A stretch of DNA of 22,014 nucleotides from a candidate division WOR-3 bacterium (GTDB lineage Bacteria > Hydrothermota > Tepidihabitantia > Tepidihabitantales > Tepidihabitantaceae), in assembly GCA_965648935.1 (NCBI GenBank), contig CBFGIY010000038.1, positions 1-22,014 on the forward strand, written 5' to 3'. The notes below the pieces were generated by a model, which made no database searches, had not been told where the DNA came from, and was given only the letters and a program-made list of their open reading frames with translations. Below are positions 16,850 through 22,014 of the stretch, piece by piece (position 1 is the stretch's first letter; the number at the start of each line of letters is the position of its first letter). The translations under genes and the position numbers were made by a program.

Positions 16850-18157
16850 ATGACTCGCCGCGCCGGCATCGGTTCACGCAGGGCCGGGCTCGGCGTCATC
16901 TGCGCTCTTGCGCTGGCGCCGCTGGCGGCCGCGCTCGGCGGCACGGCCGATTCCATCGTCGCGGTGGTCGGCGACCGGGTCATCCTTGCCAGCCAGCTGG
17001 ACCAGACCGTGGTGTTCTGGCGCCTGGCCACCGGTGACACGACAACACCCGATTCCGCAGTCCAGCGTGAGGCGCTGGACCGGCTGATTGACGACGAGGT
17101 GCTGCAGCAGCAGGCGGTGGTCGAATCGGTCGAGGTCGGCGACGCCGAGGCGCTGGCCGAGGCCGAAGCCAGCATCGCCGCGCTTGTCGAGCGGCTCGGC
17201 GGGCAGGAAGCTTTCGCCGAGGCGCTGGCCGACGAGGGCCTGACCGAGAAGGCGCTGCGCGCGCGCTACGCGGCCGAGTCCCGGCGCAAGCTCGTCGCGC
17301 GCCGGCTTCTGGACAAGGCCGGGCTGACCCAGATATACATCTCGCCGGCCGAGGCCGAGCGCTTCTACAACGCCCACCGCGACTCGATCGCGCGGGTGCC
17401 GGGCCGGGCCCGTCTGGCCCACATTCTCATCGCTCCGACCCCGAGCCCGGCCGCCGAGTCGGCCGGCCAGCGGCGGATGCTGGAGGTGCTCGACGTGCTC
17501 GAGCGCGGCGGCGACTTCGCGACCGTTGCCGGTTCTTTCTCCGACGACCGGCGCACCGCGGCGCGCGGCGGCGACTGGGGCCGGGTGCGCGGCGAAAGCC
17601 TGCCCATGGACATCGGGATGGTGCTGGCTCAGCTCAAACCCGGCCAGATTTCGCCGCCCTTCCGCACGCGCGAGGGCTATCTCACGGTCAAGCTCGAGAG
17701 CTACGGCCAGGGCACGGTGCGCTTCCGTTCCATACTGATCCGCGTGCCGATAACCCGCGCCGACACGGCCCGGGCGCGCGACCTTGCCGCGTCGGTGTAC
17801 CGCAAGGCCGCGGCCGGGGCGGCGTTCGACTCGCTGGCACGCGTCTTCTCCAGCGACCCGATGACCGCGGACTCGGGCGGGCTCCTGGGCGACTTTCCGC
17901 TCGAGGCGCTCACCCCGCCGTTCGACACGGTCGTGGCCGGCCTGGCCGAAGGCGAGGTCAGCCGGCCGGTCCTGTCCGAACACGGCTTCCACATCATCAA
18001 GGTCCTCGAAAAGGAGGAAGCGCGGGTGATGAGTTACCTCGAGATGCAGGACGAAATCCGCAACTACCTTTACCAGCAGCGCTTCGCCGAGCGGGTCGGC
18101 GAGTACGTCGCGCGCGTGCGAAAGAACATCTTCATCAAACGCTACCGGCAGGGATAG
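16850..18157 (+). CDS. surA: SurA-like periplasmic chaperone with two parvulin domains
   Basis: DSIVAVVGDRVILASQL SurA N-terminus. Two PPIase domains: LAHILI...GGDFATVAGSFSDD...GGDWG and FRSILI...FDSLARVFSSD...GGLLG...SEHGFHIIKV. Confidence 0.82.
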   Translation: MTRRAGIGSRRAGLGVICALALAPLAAALGGTADSIVAVVGDRVILASQLDQTVVFWRLATGDTTTPDSAVQREALDRLIDDEVLQQQAVVESVEVGDAEALAEAEASIAALVERLGGQEAFAEALADEGLTEKALRARYAAESRRKLVARRLLDKAGLTQIYISPAEAERFYNAHRDSIARVPGRARLAHILIAPTPSPAAESAGQRRMLEVLDVLERGGDFATVAGSFSDDRRTAARGGDWGRVRGESLPMDIGMVLAQLKPGQISPPFRTREGYLTVKLESYGQGTVRFRSILIRVPITRADTARARDLAASVYRKAAAGAAFDSLARVFSSDPMTADSGGLLGDFPLEALTPPFDTVVAGLAEGEVSRPVLSEHGFHIIKVLEKEEARVMSYLEMQDEIRNYLYQQRFAERVGEYVARVRKNIFIKRYRQG

Positions 18158-18208
18158 CGCGGGCGAAGGCAGGTTGCGAAACGGTGAGTGCAGAAGAAAC
18201 AGGCAGCA

Positions 18209-18228
18209 AGTGCGATGCTGATCACACT
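18209..18228. promoter_or_regulatory. CRP/FNR-family-like operator upstream of the FG-GAP selenoprotein gene
   Basis: AG-TGCGA-TGCTGA-TCACA-CT matches 9 of 10 positions of TGTGA-N6-TCACA, with palindromic flanks, just before SD GGAGGT (18230-18235). Confidence 0.4.
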
Positions 18229-18240
18229 GGGAGGTGTACA

Positions 18241-19407
18241 GTGAAGACGACAGCACTGGTCCTTGTCCTGTTGTCCGCGGCCTGGGGACTGGACCATACC
18301 TTCACCGGACCGGACACGGTCCGCGACGCCGGCGTGCCGATCGACGTCGGCTACTACGGCGCGCCGGTGATGTTTGACTGGAACAGCGACGGCAGAAAGG
18401 ACCTCGTCCTCGGCCAGTTCAGTTACGGCTACATCCGGTTCTACCCGAATATCGGGCCCGACACCGCGCCCGTATTCAACGGCTTTGAATACCTGCAGGC
18501 GAGCGGGTCGCTGATAACGCTGCCCTACGGCTGATGCGTCGGTTCGAGTCCACAGGTGGTGGACTGGAACTCCGACGGGCTCGCCGATATCGTCTCCGGC
18601 GACCGCAACGGCTACTTCAACGTCTTCACCCGCAACCCCGATCTGACGCTCACCGCGCACTATCAGTACCGGCTGGCCGACTCGACCGTGCTCAACGTCG
18701 GCAACAACTCGCAGCCGGCCGTGGTTGACTGGAACGGCGACGGCAGGAAGGACCTCATCCTCGGCACCGAGGCCGGCCTCATCCGCTTCTACCCCAACAT
18801 CGGCACCGACACCGCTCCGGCCTTCCAGAACTACGAACACATCCAGGCGGCCGGCGCCGACATCAACCTCTACCGTGTCAACCCGTATGTCTTTGACCTC
18901 GACCGCGACGGCGTCAATGACCTCATCTGCGGCGCCAACGACGGCTACGTCCGGTTCTACCGCAACACGGGCACCAATGCCCGGCCCGTACTGGCCGCGC
19001 CCGAGAGCCTGAGAACGAGCACCGGTGCCTTCATCCAGCCGCTCGCGCCCTACCCCTACGGCTCGCGCCTCGGCCTCGGCTACTGGAACTCCGACAGCCT
19101 GCCCGACATTCTTCTCAGCGGGTACGACGGTATGGTGCTCTTGTTCCGCGGCACGCCGTTCACCGGCGCGGCCGAGCCGGCCGCGCCCGCGGTCCGGCAT
19201 CCGGTGCCCAACCCGTCGGTCATCCGGGGAGTGCTGACGTTGCCGGCTCCGGGCGCGACGCGCGACGCCTCCGGCGTCCTGCTCGACGCCGCGGGCCGCT
19301 GCGTTCTCGCGCTCAGGCCCGGCGCGAATGACCTGTCGATGCTCGCCCCGGGCGCCTACTTCGTCCGCAGCGACGGGACTCTGACCCGGGTTCTCGTCTG
19401 CCGCTAG
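18241..19407 (+). CDS. Secreted FG-GAP/VCBS-repeat protein, predicted selenoprotein (Sec at codon 98, U-C motif), with C-terminal T9SS-like tail
   Basis: SD GGAGGT plus GTG 18241 and signal peptide MKTTALVLVLLSAAWG. Five D(W/L)(N/D)xDGxxD-type repeats. The in-frame TGA at 18532-18534 joins the two track ORFs without frameshift (LPYG-U-CVGSSPQVVDWNSDG), and a hairpin follows immediately. The C-terminus is PNPSV...LLDAAGRCVLALRPGANDLSMLAPGAYFVR. 388 aa with read-through. Confidence 0.8.
18376..18765 (+). repeat. Internal duplication within the FG-GAP gene (repeat 1 vs repeat 3)
   Basis: 18376-18414 GACTGGAACAGCGACGGCAGAAAGGACCTCGTCCTCGGC vs 18727-18765 GACTGGAACGGCGACGGCAGGAAGGACCTCATCCTCGGC. 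Both are followed by IRFYPNIG(P/T)DTAP(V/A)F. Confidence 0.8.
18535..18577 (+). promoter_or_regulatory. Candidate bacterial SECIS element
   Basis: Lower stem CGUCGG(18537-42)/CCGACG(18572-77), UUC/GAA, a G.G mismatch, upper stem AGUCCAC(18547-53)/GUGGACU(18559-65) and apical loop AGGUG. The loop starts 19 nt after UGA and has G at its second position. Confidence 0.75.
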
Positions 19408-19428
19408 TCCCTGCTTGCAGCCGCCGGC

Positions 19429-19456
19429 TTGACTTCGCCCGGCAGGGCCGCATAAT
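19429..19456 (+). promoter_or_regulatory. Putative sigma70 promoter
   Basis: TTGACT-16 nt-CATAAT, with SD AGGAG before ATG 19488. Confidence 0.55.
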
Positions 19457-19487
19457 CGCCAGCACAAACGCGCCCGCAGGAGTGAAG

Positions 19488-20618
19488 ATGATTATCAGGA
19501 CTGCATCAATACTGCTCGTCTTGCTGGCCGGGCTGGCCGCGGCCGCGCCGCCTGACTTGACCGGCGACAATGTCTGGGACGAGAAGGACGCCTTCATCGC
19601 ATCGACCCAGGCGCTGGAAAACACCAGCCGCACGCTCAACCGCTGGGCCCTGATCACCGCCGGGCTCATCGTCGCGGTCGCGGTCGTCGCCGTCTGGCGC
19701 GTGTTCGCCTACAGCCGGCGACTGGCCGAGCTCGACCTGCTGCGCGAGCGCACCGAGAAGCGGTTCAGCGAGTACAGCGACGAGCTGCTGCGCGTCAAGC
19801 GCAAGCTGACCGAAGCCGAGCAGAATGTCGCCCGGATGGAAGCCGAGGTCGCGCAGGTGCGCGGGCTGGTCGGGGACCATCGGCCGGCTGACCTTGCCGG
19901 CATCCAGCGCCAGCTTCTCGAACTGCGCGCCGAGATTGCGCGCACCGCCGAGCAGGCCGCTGCCCTGCCCGCCGAGCTGGCGCGAGTCGAGGCGAGCGCG
20001 GCCGCCGGCGCACGGGCGGCCGACGAGGCCGCGGCCGCGGTTGCCGGAGTGAACGAGATGCTCGACGGGTTCGGCGAACGGCTCGCCGCGCTCGAAACCC
20101 GGCCCGCCCCGGCCGAACCCGCGCCGCCCCTGCCCGAGCCCGAACCCGAGCCGGTCAGCCCGGCCCCGGAATCGCCCGACGCCGGTAGCGCGGCCCCGGC
20201 GATGCGGCTCGAGCCCGACTTCGCCAGCCTGCACGAGTCGGCCCGCGCCCTGCTCGCGGCCGGCGACTTTGACGCGGCCCTGGCCGAGGCCGGCCGGCTG
20301 CGCGACATCGCCGGCGGCGATGCGCGGCTCATCGCGGCGGCCGAGATGGTTGCCGGCGCGGCCCACATCAATCTCGGGGACCTCGACCGCGCCGTGATGG
20401 CGCTCGAGCGTGCGGCCGAGCTGGACCGCGACAGCCGCCAGGCAATCGCCCGCGACGATGCGATCGGCCGCTGGCTCGCTTCAGGAAGCAAGCAGGCGGC
20501 GAAGTTCTGTCGCGAGGTCAACAAGTTCATCGCCCCGATACGGCTGAAGCCGCCCGCGGGCCGCGGCCCGGCTCCGGCCGCGCCGAAGAAGACAGCCGCG
20601 AAGCGCAGCCGGCGCTAG
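19488..20618 (+). CDS. Hypothetical membrane-anchored protein: signal peptide, TM helix, coiled coil, Pro-rich linker, TPR-like helices, basic tail
   Basis: Hydrophobic N-terminus, WALITAGLIVAVAVVAVW helix, heptad-rich segment, PAPAEPAPPLPEPEPEP, GAAHINLGDLDRAVMALERAAELD and KKTAAKRSRR. Confidence 0.7.
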   Translation: MIIRTASILLVLLAGLAAAAPPDLTGDNVWDEKDAFIASTQALENTSRTLNRWALITAGLIVAVAVVAVWRVFAYSRRLAELDLLRERTEKRFSEYSDELLRVKRKLTEAEQNVARMEAEVAQVRGLVGDHRPADLAGIQRQLLELRAEIARTAEQAAALPAELARVEASAAAGARAADEAAAAVAGVNEMLDGFGERLAALETRPAPAEPAPPLPEPEPEPVSPAPESPDAGSAAPAMRLEPDFASLHESARALLAAGDFDAALAEAGRLRDIAGGDARLIAAAEMVAGAAHINLGDLDRAVMALERAAELDRDSRQAIARDDAIGRWLASGSKQAAKFCREVNKFIAPIRLKPPAGRGPAPAAPKKTAAKRSRR

Positions 20619-20651
20619 CGGCCGACGAGAACCGAATCGAAGGAGGCTGAA

Positions 20652-21293
20652 TTGAGCCGATTCAATATTGCAGTTGCGGCACTGGCCGTAGTGCTGGTTG
20701 CGGGCTGCGATCTCTTCAAGCCCGACAACTACTACCCGCTCGGCGCGGGCAGCGTCTGGTCGTACGAGACCTGTGCGACTTTTCTGACCCCGGGCGACGG
20801 GCTGGACACCACGATGACCGGGACAGTCGAGGTCCGGGTCACCGGCACGAGGCAACTCGCCTCGGGGAACGCGGCCGCCGAGTTTGTCGCGACGACCACC
20901 ACCTACATGCGGCTACCTTTCCCCGACACGATCGTGACCGTCGACACGCAGTACGTCCGCGATGCCGGCGACTGGATCCTGGGCTATGATGCGCTGGACG
21001 ACGCCGAGCCGGACACCGTGCTTGCCCTGCCCCTGGCTGCGGGCAAGTCGTGGCACGCCAACGACTCGACCGCGCTCTTGGTCGAGGCGCAGGAGGACCT
21101 GACCGTGCCGGCCGGCACTTACCGGAAGACCTGGCGCGTCGCGGCGGACCGCGGCGGCGCGGCTGGTCTTGCAATCAAGCAATGGTACGCCAACGGCATC
21201 GGACTGGCGAAGATACTGCTGCGCGGCGAGCCGCAGCCCGGCTATGTCATCGAGTCGCATACCAGTCTTGTCTCAGCCGAGGTGAAGGACTAG
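20652..21293 (+). CDS. Hypothetical beta-rich lipoprotein
   Basis: SD AGGAGG plus TTG start, lipobox LVAG-C, YYPLGAGSVWSY, LTVPAGTY and WYANGIGLAK, motifs common in uncharacterised beta-sheet lipoproteins. Confidence 0.75.
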   Translation: MSRFNIAVAALAVVLVAGCDLFKPDNYYPLGAGSVWSYETCATFLTPGDGLDTTMTGTVEVRVTGTRQLASGNAAAEFVATTTTYMRLPFPDTIVTVDTQYVRDAGDWILGYDALDDAEPDTVLALPLAAGKSWHANDSTALLVEAQEDLTVPAGTYRKTWRVAADRGGAAGLAIKQWYANGIGLAKILLRGEPQPGYVIESHTSLVSAEVKD

Positions 21294-21308
21294 TCGGGCC
21301 ATCCTGCC

Positions 21309-21337
21309 TTGACCGGCCCGGCTGCGCTGAATAGAAT
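21309..21337 (+). promoter_or_regulatory. Putative sigma70 promoter (near-leaderless)
   Basis: TTGACC-17 nt-TAGAAT, ATG 21347 nine nt later. Confidence 0.6.
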
Positions 21338-21346
21338 CTTAGAGTA

Positions 21347-22014
21347 ATGTCTTTTCTCGTGCTCGCCTGCATCCTGACGGCCGGCCCGGCCGCTGTCGAG
21401 AGCCTGCCGGCGCCGGTGCTGCACGAGCACTCCTTTGAACTGCTGACCAACAGCCGCTACCCGGTCCATTCCGGGTTCACCGACTCGCTGCCGGTGCAGG
21501 TGCTGGCCAACGTGCTCTGGGCAATGGCCCGGGCGCCGCGCATCGCCGACCGCGAGCTCTATGTCGCGCGGCGCGACGGCGTCTGGCGCTATGACCCGGC
21601 CGGCCACGTGCTGCGCCTGCACAATGCGGGCGACCTGCGCTACAATTCCGGTTCGGCATTCGAGGTCGGCGTCGCGGGCAGGCGCCACGAGGACGCGGGC
21701 ATCGCGGTGCGCGCCGGGCTGCTCGCCGGTACCGCGTTCCGCACCGCTGCCGGCGGTGAGGTTGTCTCACGCGCGCTGACGTGGGCGGCCGACCCCGCCA
21801 ACGCCAGTTGGAAGACAGCCACGCCCGTACTGATGGTCACGGTGTTCGGCAGGGCCCAGGCGCGGCCGCTCGACCCGACTCGCGCGGCCCGTTCGTCCGA
21901 CACCAGCCTGCTGCCGCCCCAGACCGACGGCCGCCTCGGTTTCGAACGGCTGCTCGCCGAACCGGATGACGACACTCTCTTCGGTCCAGGCGCGCTCTCG
22001 GAGAAGGCGCTTGC
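21347..22014 (+). CDS. Nitroreductase-fold (SagB/ThcOx-like) protein with signal-like N-terminus and apparent tandem domains, partial at the right edge
   Basis: Absent from the ORF track because it has no stop in the window. Manual translation: MSFLVLACILTAGPAAVESLPAPVLHEHSFELLTNSRYPVHSGFTDSLPVQVLANVLWAMA...ELYVARRDGVWRYDPAGHVLRLHNAGDLR... then LLPPQTDGRLGFERLLAE...FGPGALSEKAL. Confidence 0.65.
   Translation, partial: MSFLVLACILTAGPAAVESLPAPVLHEHSFELLTNSRYPVHSGFTDSLPVQVLANVLWAMARAPRIADRELYVARRDGVWRYDPAGHVLRLHNAGDLRYNSGSAFEVGVAGRRHEDAGIAVRAGLLAGTAFRTAAGGEVVSRALTWAADPANASWKTATPVLMVTVFGRAQARPLDPTRAARSSDTSLLPPQTDGRLGFERLLAEPDDDTLFGPGALSEKAL

Noticed and set aside
18532..18534. TGA as Trp or Gly through an alternative genetic code (table 4 or 25)
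   Set aside because: TGA terminates several genes here at sensible ends, including overlapping stop/start junctions (5542-5545, 7130, 3001). Trp is encoded by TGG throughout, and I saw only one such in-frame TGA.
18534..18728. 64-aa ORF starting at the ATG overlapping the TGA (TGATG coupling)
   Set aside because: It is out of frame with the FG-GAP repeats and gives an Arg-rich, non-protein-like product. The ATG arises incidentally from TGA-TGC.
1..22014. CRISPR array, tRNA/rRNA, transposase, integrase or reverse transcriptase (DGR)
   Set aside because: No regularly spaced repeats, RNA-gene signatures or such protein motifs were seen. The internal repeats found are protein-domain repeats.

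Overview
GC-rich bacterial window devoted almost entirely to cell-envelope functions. The gene style, with LVIVD and FG-GAP proteins carrying T9SS/FlgD-like C-terminal tails, resembles candidate division WOR-3 or FCB-related lineages; this is inference, not a determination. Left (1-7747, minus strand): a translationally coupled glycosylation cluster with three polytopic GT-C-type glycosyltransferases, one ArnC/DPM1-like GT2 and two paralogous class I SAM methyltransferases. Middle: a RecG-C/HATPase_c_4-type ATP-binding HTH protein lacking its usual N-terminal AlbA/Schlafen domain, a LiaF-like membrane protein, a lipoprotein thioredoxin (WCPPC), a large LVIVD-repeat secreted protein, a collapsed pseudogene of a secreted protein, a DOMON protein and three PpiC/SurA foldases. 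The most interesting element is at 18241-19407. Two ORFs that the track splits (18184-18534 and 18556-19407) are in the same frame and separated by one TGA. That TGA is followed immediately by a Cys codon and a strong SECIS-like hairpin, giving a predicted secreted FG-GAP/VCBS-repeat selenoprotein with a vicinal Sec-Cys motif (LPYG-U-C-VGSSP). Right end: a coiled-coil/TPR membrane protein, a lipoprotein and a partial tandem nitroreductase-fold protein. Several genes have near-consensus sigma70 promoters placed to give leaderless or near-leaderless mRNAs. No rRNA, tRNA, CRISPR array or intact mobile element was seen.
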